Shown here piece by piece: positions 30,977-40,630 of a DNA stretch of 64,000 bases. The position numbers and the translations under genes were made by a program. How positions within the stretch are numbered: the first letter of the stretch is position 1; each line of letters starts with the position of its first letter. The DNA comes from Wickerhamiella versatilis (taxonomy: Eukaryota). The DNA is taken from the NCBI GenBank assembly GCA_030867685.1, contig JAQOWU010000008.1:1-64000 (forward strand). Direction: 5' to 3'. The notes beneath the pieces are model-generated. The model saw only the letters and a program-made list of their open reading frames with translations, ran no database searches and was not told the DNA's origin.

Positions 30977-33334
30977 ATGGTAGGCTACTATCTTGTGTTG
31001 CATGCCATACTGGCCTCATGTGTTGCGAATATTGTGATAAACTCAATACCACCTTACACTTCATCGGCCCCACCAGCAAAGCCATCCTCATCCTCTAACA
31101 ATCCGGTGCCCAAAATAAAAGGTCACCCTCGTGCCGTCGATCTAGTTTCTAAATTGACCGTCGAGGAGAAAGCATCTATTGTTACTGGCGCTGGCCTCTT
31201 CACACTTAACGGGTGCTCTGGTCAAGTTGCTCCTCTTGCTAGGTTTTCAGAGACTTTCGGTGGGCTATGTATAAGAGATGGAACTAGTGGTGTTCGCGAT
31301 GTATCTGGTGTCACAGGATTTACCGGTGAAAATACACTTGGTGCTACGTGGGATAAAGATCTTGTACGTCGTTTCTATGAAGCAATGGCAGATGAGTTCA
31401 AAGACAAAGGAAGTCATGTTATGAATGGACCTGTTGCAGGCGGACCATTGGGACGCATTCCATATTCAGGCCGTTTATTCGAGAATTTTGGTAGTGATCC
31501 TGTGCTATCTGGAGAATTGGGATATGTAGCCATTAAGGCAATCCAGTCAAGAGGTGTGCAAGCTGTTGCAAAGCATTTCATTGCCTATGAGCAGGAAACA
31601 TTTAGGAACCCCTTCGCTTTTGGTCCTATAGGTCTTTTCTATCCCTTCGCCTTCTCAGCTTGGTCCCCACTCCCCCTTCTGCAGTCGCCTATTAGCAGTG
31701 ATGTCTCTGATAGAGCAATGCACGAAGTATACGCCTGGGGTTTTGCTGATGCTGTCAGGGCAGAAGTCTCCGGTGTAATGTGTGGTTATAATCAAATAAA
31801 TGGAACTCAATCATGTGAGAACGATGCGACACTGAATAAGCTTCTGAAGGATGAGTTGAATTTCCAGGGCTATGTTATATCTGATTGGGGTGCGGTATAC
31901 AGTACTGCTGAGTCGATAAATGCGGGCTTGGACATGGATATGCCTGGCCTTGAATTCAGTTTCCGGAAAGGAAACTTGTTTGACGTCACACTGGCTGGAA
32001 TGGTCCATCTGGGTCAGGTGTCAGAGTCTCGTTTAGATGATGCAGTGCTACGCATCCTTACTCCATATTTTAACCTCAATCAACATAGCATTTCGCAGAA
32101 GCACGGTGATGTTCGCTCAAACCATTCCGAAGTCGTACGAGAAGCAGGCGAGGGTGCTGCCACTTTGCTCAAAAACAATGTTGAATATATTCCTGGGACT
32201 AACAGCACAGGATCCTCTGGCCTGAGAGGTGGACTGCCTCTAAGCGGCGAAAGGCTAGGTATATTCGGTAGTGATTCTGGAACATCTCAATACGGTGCCA
32301 ACTGTCCTGGAAGCTATGCAATTTGCCCCGGTTTTTCAATAAACAACGGAACCGTATGGATCGGAGGAGGTTCAGGGACTGTGCAGGCTCAAAGCATTGT
32401 AGCACCCGTGGACGGGATAAAATCTCGTGCGCCTTCGTCCAAGACTGTTATCTCCAATAACGATGACCGCCTCTATCATACAAACCCCGTCCATTTCCAT
32501 CACATGGTGTCTGGTATTGATACCGCAATCGTCTTTGTGTCAATTAGAGCCGCGGAAGGTGCTGATCGGACTACTTTAAAGCTTGACAATGACGGTGATG
32601 AATTAATCAAGCGTGTTGCCTCAGAATGCTCCAACACTATAGTGGTTATGCACGTAACGAACCCACCCATGGTATCTGAATGGATAGACCACCCCAACGT
32701 TACTGCTGTGTTGACTGCCTATACGCCTGGTGAGCAAACAGGCAACTCTCTTGCCTCCGTTCTGTTCGGTGACGTTAACCCATCAGGAACGCTACCTTGG
32801 ACTATAGCTCAAAGCGAGGACGATTATATCAAGCCGATGTCTAAAGTCTCTGTAACCCCGAATGATGAGTTTTCAGACGATATCTTCGTAGACTACCGAC
32901 GTTTCGACAGGGACAACATAGAGCCACAATTTCCTTTCGGATATGGCCTTAGTTACACGAATTTCTCCTATGAGCAATTGTCAATCAATGGGAGCTCTAG
33001 CGACCTATCGTCTGCAGATATCTACGACACACCAATCCAAGTATCTGTGTCCGTTAAGAATACGGGAAATGTCACAGGAAGTGAAGCTGTGCAAATATAT
33101 ATTCAGTATCCTCAAGAGGCCAATGAGCCGCCGAGGGTTCTTAGGGGATTCGACAAGATCAAAGATATTTCCCCAGGACAGACGAAGACAGCTGAAATAT
33201 CACTCAGTCGTAAGTCATTTACGATTTGGGATACTGTGTCCCAAGACTGGGAGCTTCTTAAGGGAACTTATACGATATATGCTGCCGCCAGCTCACGAGA
33301 CTTGCGTCTCAACCAAACCATAACTGTTTCCTAG
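30977..33334 (+). CDS. Secreted beta-glucosidase, glycoside hydrolase family 3
   Basis: Signal peptide; GRLFENFGSDP, KHFIAYEQE, MCGYNQING, nucleophile ISDWG, FPFGYGLSYT, and an Fn3-like C-terminus. Confidence 0.95.
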   Translation: MVGYYLVLHAILASCVANIVINSIPPYTSSAPPAKPSSSSNNPVPKIKGHPRAVDLVSKLTVEEKASIVTGAGLFTLNGCSGQVAPLARFSETFGGLCIRDGTSGVRDVSGVTGFTGENTLGATWDKDLVRRFYEAMADEFKDKGSHVMNGPVAGGPLGRIPYSGRLFENFGSDPVLSGELGYVAIKAIQSRGVQAVAKHFIAYEQETFRNPFAFGPIGLFYPFAFSAWSPLPLLQSPISSDVSDRAMHEVYAWGFADAVRAEVSGVMCGYNQINGTQSCENDATLNKLLKDELNFQGYVISDWGAVYSTAESINAGLDMDMPGLEFSFRKGNLFDVTLAGMVHLGQVSESRLDDAVLRILTPYFNLNQHSISQKHGDVRSNHSEVVREAGEGAATLLKNNVEYIPGTNSTGSSGLRGGLPLSGERLGIFGSDSGTSQYGANCPGSYAICPGFSINNGTVWIGGGSGTVQAQSIVAPVDGIKSRAPSSKTVISNNDDRLYHTNPVHFHHMVSGIDTAIVFVSIRAAEGADRTTLKLDNDGDELIKRVASECSNTIVVMHVTNPPMVSEWIDHPNVTAVLTAYTPGEQTGNSLASVLFGDVNPSGTLPWTIAQSEDDYIKPMSKVSVTPNDEFSDDIFVDYRRFDRDNIEPQFPFGYGLSYTNFSYEQLSINGSSSDLSSADIYDTPIQVSVSVKNTGNVTGSEAVQIYIQYPQEANEPPRVLRGFDKIKDISPGQTKTAEISLSRKSFTIWDTVSQDWELLKGTYTIYAAASSRDLRLNQTITVS

Positions 33335-33452
33335 CCTTTTAAGCAAGTACTTGCATTATCAGGGTAATCTTCTGTGATATTATAGGATTAACAACTAGTC
33401 ATTAGTGAATTGTATAATGGTAAGAGGTTACGAGAATTTTTAAGGTCGTGAG

Positions 33453-33478
33453 TGCAAGATAGCCCATTTCACTTCCTG
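33453..33478 (-). repeat. Relic of the 41-bp unit (inverted)
   Basis: Reverse complement CAGGAAGTGAAATGGGCTATCTTGCA versus CAGGTAGTGAAGTGGGCTATCTTGCA (24/26). Confidence 0.85.
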
Positions 33479-33797
33479 TAATATCAGATATTATCAGGAT
33501 GTCAACTTAAAATTTACGCTGCCAAATCAAGTGACATAAAGGTTACAATCGAACAACATTATATAACACGGAAAACCGAATATCTATGGGACCAATAACA
33601 CAAGAATAACTGCAAAGCAGGCAACAGAGTAGCTCATAAATAGTCTAGCCATCAAATATTCTTCTCGGAAATATATAGGTACCTCTTCCAACAAGAAACG
33701 GATGGCCCCGATTACATAATCAGTCGTTCCGACTTTCGGTTCATTTTTATTATTACATAAACAGTTGATTCAAACATCAATTGACTCAAACAACAAA

Positions 33798-34742
33798 ATG
33801 TCTTCTGACTCTCACATCGAAGCCCTGAGAAAGTTTAATCGCTTCTTCACCTTCCATATCGATGCTTTAAATGAAAAATTCTTGGGATCCGACTTGAATC
33901 TATCTGAAGGGCGTGTGCTCTATGAAATTGGCAAACAAGAGCCTGTAACTGCCACCCATATCCAGAAAACTCTGAATCTCGACCGTGGTTATCTTAGTAG
34001 GATTCTCTCCCGCTTTCAGAAATATGGCTGGATCACTCGTGATGCGAATGAGAAGGACACTCGTGTTCATCCTATCTCTCTCACCACCGAAGGCCGCAAA
34101 GTGTACCACGAACAAAACAAAAAGCAGCATGACATCGTTTCTGATAACCTATCAAAGCTTGATACAGTGCAGCAGAACGACCTTGTAGAAGCACTGACAA
34201 CAGCTCGACTTCTTCTTGAGATATGTGAAGGTCAGGAGCCGACCTCGACTTATAGCATACGTTCTTTCCGCCCCGGTGAAGTGAGCTATATTGTGTCACG
34301 GCAGTCTAAATTGTACGAGTCCTCTAATGGATGGGGTGCGGGGATCGAACTATTGGACACCGCACAGGCTGCGACTTTCCTGCGTCAGTTGAATCGCGAT
34401 CGTGAAGACTGTTTTGTGGCAGAGATAGAAGGGATCATTGCCGGCGCCATATTCATCACCGATGAAGAAAGTGTAAGCCATGGTACAGCCCGAATCCGTA
34501 TGTTCTATGTGGAACCTCTCGCCAGACGACGCGGTATAGGTGATGCCCTGGTGCAACGGTGTATCGATTTTGCAACTGACAGAGGCTTCAGAGAAATTAT
34601 CCTCTGGACCCAGGCTGTACAAAAAGCCGCTCGAAGACTTTATGCGCGCCACGGGTTTGAAGTCACCAAGCAGTTTGTGCACGAGGAATTTGGAACGCCG
34701 GTGGAAGGAGAAATGTGGCGTGCAACATTGAATTCGAAGTAA
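33798..34742 (+). CDS. Bifunctional MarR-type winged-HTH / GNAT acetyltransferase, bacterial type
   Basis: LRKFNRFFT, LNLSEGRVLYEI, LDRGYLSRIL, DTRVHPISLTTEG (MarR part); FYVEPLARRRGIGDALV and AARRLYARHGF (GNAT motifs). Confidence 0.92.
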   Translation: MSSDSHIEALRKFNRFFTFHIDALNEKFLGSDLNLSEGRVLYEIGKQEPVTATHIQKTLNLDRGYLSRILSRFQKYGWITRDANEKDTRVHPISLTTEGRKVYHEQNKKQHDIVSDNLSKLDTVQQNDLVEALTTARLLLEICEGQEPTSTYSIRSFRPGEVSYIVSRQSKLYESSNGWGAGIELLDTAQAATFLRQLNRDREDCFVAEIEGIIAGAIFITDEESVSHGTARIRMFYVEPLARRRGIGDALVQRCIDFATDRGFREIILWTQAVQKAARRLYARHGFEVTKQFVHEEFGTPVEGEMWRATLNSK

Positions 34743-35063
34743 AAACTTTCTTGGCACAGTAAACCTACAACCAGTGTACATAATTAGTCCTCTTAAGTCG
34801 ACCTATAATGGACCACCTATAATGGAGTAATAGAACGGAGTCAGGTCGGACCGTCGGGCGGACCGTTGAAGGTAGGGTCTCATCTTAGTCGCTTACTTTT
34901 AATGCCTCGTCTATTGGATCTCGGTATAGTAACGACTCTTATGTGGCGAGGAATATATTAAGACAGATATGCCTGCGCATTAACTTAATTAAGTCGGCTA
35001 TCGAGGAACACCCTTACCCCGATAAAAGATAACGTAACGATAGAGTTCCAATCGAACGCCACA

Positions 35064-36656
35064 ATGGACAACGACGAAAAAAAGCATGCTGTGGAGCCTG
35101 TAGCTACGGACGTAGAGGAAGGCCGCATAATTCACCACGCTGAGGATGTTGACACTGCGATGAAATATGCTCATAACTGGCATGAATTCGATAAGATCCC
35201 GCCAAGCGTGGAACGCCGCCTGAGAATGAAAGCAGATTTATTGGTAACGCCACTGTTGGCACTGGTTTATGCGCTGCAGTTTGCCGATAAGGTATCAAAT
35301 GGCGGTGCATCGGTAATGGGCCTTCGCTCAGACCTAGACATGACGGCGAGCGATGGAAATGGTGACAAGTACTCATGGGTCGGTGTAGGCTTTTATTTAG
35401 GGGAAATTATCGGACTCATATTTGTGTGGGGTCTTATCCAGAAATTTCCACCTGCCAAGACCACGGCGCTGTTTATTGTAGCCTGGGGTATAATTATGGC
35501 ATGCTCTGCGGGTAGCCAATCTTATGGAGGGTATATTGCTTGCCGAGTGCTACTTGGATTAGTGGAAAGTGTGGTCACGCCGGCATTTTCTTTGGTGACA
35601 ACCCAATGGTATCGACGTGACGCTAGTGAGCAATTCTCGCGTACGAATTTTTGGTTTGGAGCGAACGGAATAGGTACAATTATTGGGACCTCTATCGCAT
35701 ATGGATTTTATGTTCGCGAATCATCTTCGATAGCCGGGTGGCGTGGTTTGTTTATCTGCCTTGGTTGCCTCACCATTGTTGTTGGACTCATATTCCTCTT
35801 TCATATTCCTGATGACCCGACTAAAGCGTGGTTTTTGACTGAAGATGAAAAGATGTGGCAAGTTGAACGTATCCGTAAGAATAATAAGGGCTTTGGGAGC
35901 CATCATGTCAAGAAATATCAGGCAGTGGAGTGCCTGAAAGATCCAAGATGGTACTTGTACGTCGCAATTATGTTCTTGGCCAGTATTCCTAATGGAGGTC
36001 TAACAAACTTTGGGACTATTACAATCAGCGGCATCATTAAGAACAATGGCGCCGTTCCAGTTGGTGAGGGGCCGAAGTCTAAGGATACAGCAGCTCAATC
36101 TTTGCTAATGCAGCTACCACAGGGTGGCACTGAATTCGTTGGATGCTTCTTAGTGGGTGTTATTTCCTTGTATATCCTTAAGAATTTTCGCATGGCTTAT
36201 GGAATCTTGTTTAGTTTGATAAACGTCTTGGCCTTATGCCTCCTCTCATGGGGTCCCAATGCAGGCAGTCAACTTTTTGGGCTCTATGCATTTGCATGGG
36301 TTGCACCAGTGTGCATGATTGCAGTTCTTTCTTCAATACAGTCGAATACAGGGGGAACAACCAAAACACTAGTTACTACCGCGACGTTTATGCAATTCTA
36401 TTGTGGCGGCAATGCCCTAGGTTCTAGCAGTGCTGTATTCAAAGCCTCAGAAGAGCCCGAGTACGGATCCGCAAAGGTCATAATGGCGGCCTGCGTTGCT
36501 GTGGAAGCTGTTCTCATGATTTGTCTAACCATAGTGTACGTGGTGGACAATAAATGGCGCGATAAGAAAAACCGGCACCTACCAGCAGACATGGATCATC
36601 CCGAATTCGCTGATCTTACTGACATGGAGAACCCTGAGTTCAGATATGCCTACTAG
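35064..36656 (+). CDS. Allantoate/ureidosuccinate permease-like MFS transporter (Dal5 family)
   Basis: ALQFADK, LLGLVESVVTPAF, TTQWYRR, IPDDPTKAWFLT, IPNGGLTNF, FADLTDMENPEFRY. Confidence 0.92.
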   Translation: MDNDEKKHAVEPVATDVEEGRIIHHAEDVDTAMKYAHNWHEFDKIPPSVERRLRMKADLLVTPLLALVYALQFADKVSNGGASVMGLRSDLDMTASDGNGDKYSWVGVGFYLGEIIGLIFVWGLIQKFPPAKTTALFIVAWGIIMACSAGSQSYGGYIACRVLLGLVESVVTPAFSLVTTQWYRRDASEQFSRTNFWFGANGIGTIIGTSIAYGFYVRESSSIAGWRGLFICLGCLTIVVGLIFLFHIPDDPTKAWFLTEDEKMWQVERIRKNNKGFGSHHVKKYQAVECLKDPRWYLYVAIMFLASIPNGGLTNFGTITISGIIKNNGAVPVGEGPKSKDTAAQSLLMQLPQGGTEFVGCFLVGVISLYILKNFRMAYGILFSLINVLALCLLSWGPNAGSQLFGLYAFAWVAPVCMIAVLSSIQSNTGGTTKTLVTTATFMQFYCGGNALGSSSAVFKASEEPEYGSAKVIMAACVAVEAVLMICLTIVYVVDNKWRDKKNRHLPADMDHPEFADLTDMENPEFRYAY

Positions 36657-37157
36657 AGCTCTTGTTACTTTCTTTGTTACTTACTGCTACGATGAGCTTA
36701 GACTCAATGAAATCTATCTCCCTAGTTGTCATCGACTACAGTTAATTTTTGTGTTTCTGTGGAGCACGCACTATTTTCAAATTATTCTTTTTGAAGTGGG
36801 TCACCCACATACGTGAGATTATAGAATATTATACTCACCTATTTAACAGCTACGGCCATATCCAGCAGGTAACTGGGCTTCCCGTCCGATCAGCCATACA
36901 TAAGCTGCTGAGAGCCTGATTCAGTATTACGGTGGGAGACCACGTGAGAACGGCAGGTGCTGTAGTTTTTTTTTCTTTTCACCTTAAAGATTTTCAGGTT
37001 GAATTTAGATGGCTTTTTTACTGCATAAAAAAGTGAATAGTTGTAAGTGCGGTAAACTTCTGGTGCTGGGAGAGAGTCGTTCAACCCGCACAATGGCTCT
37101 CGATACACAGCATCGACAAAGTAGGTCATCTTTCACTATACTAGATCAACTATAGAA

Positions 37158-37793
37158 TTACCAAAGTTTGCTATATAGACTCTCAAGATTGCTGATATCG
37201 TCCTGGTACTTTTTCGACAGGTCAGACCACTGGTCTGTGGCAGTCTTCGTACCATTCAGCAACCCACTGACAAGAGTCTTACCTTTCGAAGTAAGCTGTT
37301 TGACATTATTGTCAGTGCTATTCCCCCCGATAAAATCCTGAAGTTTCACCAAGTTCTGAGCGAGCGCAGTACCACCATGAATACCCTTCTCGACAGCATC
37401 TGCAACCTTTTTGGCCTCACTATCAAGATCATCACGCTTAGTTAGATACTGGCCATTGAAGCATCCAAAAGGAATAGCTGCGGAAGTGGCAGTTATCCCG
37501 TACGCTAGACCCAGAGATGAATCCACAATGCCCAAAACGCTGGCGGCACTAGCACCAAGACCAATAATATTTCCTGGCACGAATGAGGTTATAAGATTTA
37601 TAAGAAGTGAAGCGATACTCAAGCCAAGATTAACACCAGACCACGCAATTATGGAAATGTCATTGACGTAGCTTAAAACAATACTCACCAAGTCAAGACA
37701 GTCAACACGCTTTTCCAGACCTACTTCTTCCAGAGGAAGCCCTGCTACCAGAGATATCGAGGCCAATAGTAGAAACAACTTTTTGCAAAACAT
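37158..37793 (-). CDS. Secreted precursor protein with two Kex2 (KR) sites, preprotoxin-like (211 aa)
   Basis: Signal peptide MFCKKLFLLLASISLVAG, pro-region ending LEKR, a hydrophobic segment of about 90 aa ending TKR, then a charged helical tail. Confidence 0.65.
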   Translation of the reverse strand: MFCKKLFLLLASISLVAGLPLEEVGLEKRVDCLDLVSIVLSYVNDISIIAWSGVNLGLSIASLLINLITSFVPGNIIGLGASAASVLGIVDSSLGLAYGITATSAAIPFGCFNGQYLTKRDDLDSEAKKVADAVEKGIHGGTALAQNLVKLQDFIGGNSTDNNVKQLTSKGKTLVSGLLNGTKTATDQWSDLSKKYQDDISNLESLYSKLW

Positions 37794-39126
37794 TACTATA
37801 CGTATCACTGGCCACAAAAAAGCAAATTTATAGTGAAGTATGACGAATAAGTCATTACAGCAGCAATGCAAGATTTCTCACTAATGATTAATTCCAATTC
37901 TACTATGATACATACTTATAGACAGCCCACTGTATAGAATCTGTGATAATTTTCGGGGGAACCTAATTATTCAGGAAATATAATTTGCGTACTATATGTA
38001 AAAAAAACTCAATACTGTGGGATCTAGTGTACTTGTCCGTGTACAAGGTTTGTGGTATTAGAGATCTTCGTTACTATTATGCATTGAGTTAACTGTTTTG
38101 CTGAGTGGGCTACCTTGAAGTTGGCTGCAGGCAGTCCCGAAACGAATTGAACGGAAATTTTTTGTAACAACATGTACAATATACTTGTATAATGATGTTA
38201 ACTCAGTGGGCTTTAGATACAAACAGGCAATATTTAGATTGGGTGCCCTTGCCCTATATCCAAAGTAAGACAAGTAGGTGTGTTTACGCGAGCGGGACTT
38301 AGGCATGCTTATATGGCAGATTTGTTCTGTTATCTCGAAAGCAACTAAATAAAAAAGTAGCACTAAATGTGTTTACTACATTCAGATGGAACATTCTGTG
38401 TGTTCAGCATTCTTTAAACATGCAAGATAAGGAAGGTAGGATGACATACAATAAGATTTACTCCACTTCAAGCCAATTAGTCACCTTTTAAACCGGAGAG
38501 TAGTTCCAGATGAGATATGAAATATAGTGACAGTAAACCACTGATGATGATATAGCGGCGGGTGTCATTAGCTTCTTCATGACTTACTTCAGCGGGTACT
38601 TGTATATCTAACACAGTCGATCCGCCGCTAGCCCTAAGCTGTTCGACAAAGAAGATGTGACCTTTGGCTCCCTTGAAGACCTGGAAAATCGCATCGATGC
38701 CCATGATCTTGGTGTGACAGATTTGTTAACAATTGGTAGGCGACACTTCTCGAGTTTGTCGGTGTGCGTCCACAATCTCTTTATGTCCTGATATTTCTAT
38801 TGTAAATATCATGGAAGGGCTTAGATTTACTCATCATGATAGTGCATAAGAATCAACTATGAAGTCTGACATCCTATATTTTGCCACCAGTCTAGGCTAC
38901 CTGGTCTCAATAGGGTAAGGGCCAGGTTCCGACTGAGGCAAAATACTCATGGATATAGTACACAGTTCACTATCGGATTTATGATTCTATTTTGATGTTA
39001 GCTTGAAACTCTGTCTTCTTTTTTTTTAGTTTTGGTTTTCAAAATTTGCACCTTCATTTGATGTTGAGAAGATTCACAGCCATCTTGACAAGGTTATTAA
39101 CAAGCAAAGTTATTCCGTTCTCGACC

Positions 39127-40266
39127 ATGACGCCAGCAAAAATACTCTCAGCCCCTACTTCTGAAAGGTTTAGTGCTGCAGTAATACGTGAAAAGGGCGG
39201 ACCATTCATCATCGAGGATGTTGGTCTCAAGTCAATGCAAGATGAAGAAATTCGTGTTAAGGTCGTTGCAACAGGTATGTGCCATACTGACTTAGTTGCT
39301 CGCAATCAGATTTATCCAATACCTCATCCTATAGTGCTGGGACACGAAGGCTCAGGGATTGTTGAAGCTACCGGGGAAAAGGTGACCAAGGTATCCCCAG
39401 GTGACCGTGTTGTTATGACGTTCGATTCATGCAGTAGCTGTAGGGCATGTGAAGAAGATGCTCCCGCAAATTGTGAGGAATTTTGGACTTATAACTTTTC
39501 TGGTGCCCGACCAGATCATTCTCACTCTATTTTCTCCTCAAGTGGGCACACCCTAAATGATCGATTTTTTGGCCAGTCGTCATTTGCGCAATTTGCAATT
39601 GCGAATGCGCGAAATGTTGTTAAAGTTCGTGAGGACGCACCACTGGAGCTTCTTGGACCTCTGGGCTGTGGCGTTGTAACAGGGGCGGGTGCTGCTATCA
39701 ATGCTTTAAAAGTTAGCCCGGGATCTAGCTTTGCAGCATTCGGTGGAGGTGCAGTAGGTTTGAGTGCAGTGCTTGGTGCACGTGTTAGTGGTGCCAGCAC
39801 CATTTTTGCCGTCGACATTAACAACTCTCGATTGAAACTGGCCAAAGAATTGGGCGCGACTCACGTGATCAACAGCATGGAAACAGATGCTGTGGAAGAG
39901 ATCAGAAAGATGACTGGAAAGGGGGTTGATTCTTCCCTTGACTCTACAGGTAACTCCAAGGCACTTAGATCAGCGGTCGAGAGCTTACGTCCTCGAGGAA
40001 CCTGTGGCATTGTGGGCGTTTCGAAGCCAGGTACGGATATCGTGGTTGATATGAACGACGTGATGCTGAATTGCAAACGCATTATGGGAATCTCTCAAGG
40101 CAATGCAGTGCCTGATATTTTTATCCCAAAGCTTGTGGATCTCTATCTAGATGGCCGCTTTCCCTTCGACAAACTGGTAAAATACTACGAATTAAAAGAT
40201 ATCAATCATGCGGTGAAGGACACAATAAGCGGTGAAACTCTCAAGCCTATTATCAGGTTGAGCTGA
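39127..40266 (+). CDS. Zn-dependent aryl/benzyl-alcohol dehydrogenase (MDR family, XylB/AreB-like), bacterial type
   Basis: GMCHTD, LGHEGSG, structural Zn site CSSCRAC...C, FFGQSSFA, LGPLGCGVVTGAGA, GRFPFDKLVKYY. Confidence 0.9.
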   Translation: MTPAKILSAPTSERFSAAVIREKGGPFIIEDVGLKSMQDEEIRVKVVATGMCHTDLVARNQIYPIPHPIVLGHEGSGIVEATGEKVTKVSPGDRVVMTFDSCSSCRACEEDAPANCEEFWTYNFSGARPDHSHSIFSSSGHTLNDRFFGQSSFAQFAIANARNVVKVREDAPLELLGPLGCGVVTGAGAAINALKVSPGSSFAAFGGGAVGLSAVLGARVSGASTIFAVDINNSRLKLAKELGATHVINSMETDAVEEIRKMTGKGVDSSLDSTGNSKALRSAVESLRPRGTCGIVGVSKPGTDIVVDMNDVMLNCKRIMGISQGNAVPDIFIPKLVDLYLDGRFPFDKLVKYYELKDINHAVKDTISGETLKPIIRLS

Positions 40267-40394
40267 AGAGGTTTGGTTGGTGTAATTATACGGCGTTAAC
40301 CACGAAATGACGGCTTCTAATTTGTGTGGAGCCATGGCAGGATGTATCAGTAGTTCCGACGCGATTCTCAAGTCACTACTTCTCAAGTGGCATG

Positions 40395-40456
40395 CAACTT
40401 TGTAGTAAGCGACCGTTTATTCCTTATCAGCTGGATTAGTGAGAAGTTTCAGGTCA
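40395..40456 (+). repeat. About 60-bp direct repeat, left copy (flanks the adhesin gene)
   Basis: CAACTTTGTAGTAAGCGACCGTTTATTCCTTATCAGCTGGATTAGTGAGAAGTTTCAGGTCA matches 45592-45667. Confidence 0.8.
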
Positions 40457-40630
40457 ACTTTAGGTTTATCCAAAACAGAATTAGAAAATAATAAGACTAT
40501 CCGCGAGACAACGACAACACAATAGCATTCCCCATGAATGGCAATCACTTCCACTCAAATTATCGATGACGCTAGCTTCATATAGAGATAATTGAACTTA
40601 TACTACGAAATATATCTGATGGGATCCTAT

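Noticed and set aside
38477-38704. 75-aa ORF as a gene or gene relic
   Set aside because: No recognisable motif and too short to support.
8107-40266. Bacterial contamination as the source of the bacterial-type genes
   Set aside because: The genes are individually interspersed among fungal-specific genes, have no operon structure, and share yeast-type promoter motifs. Read-level confirmation is still advisable.
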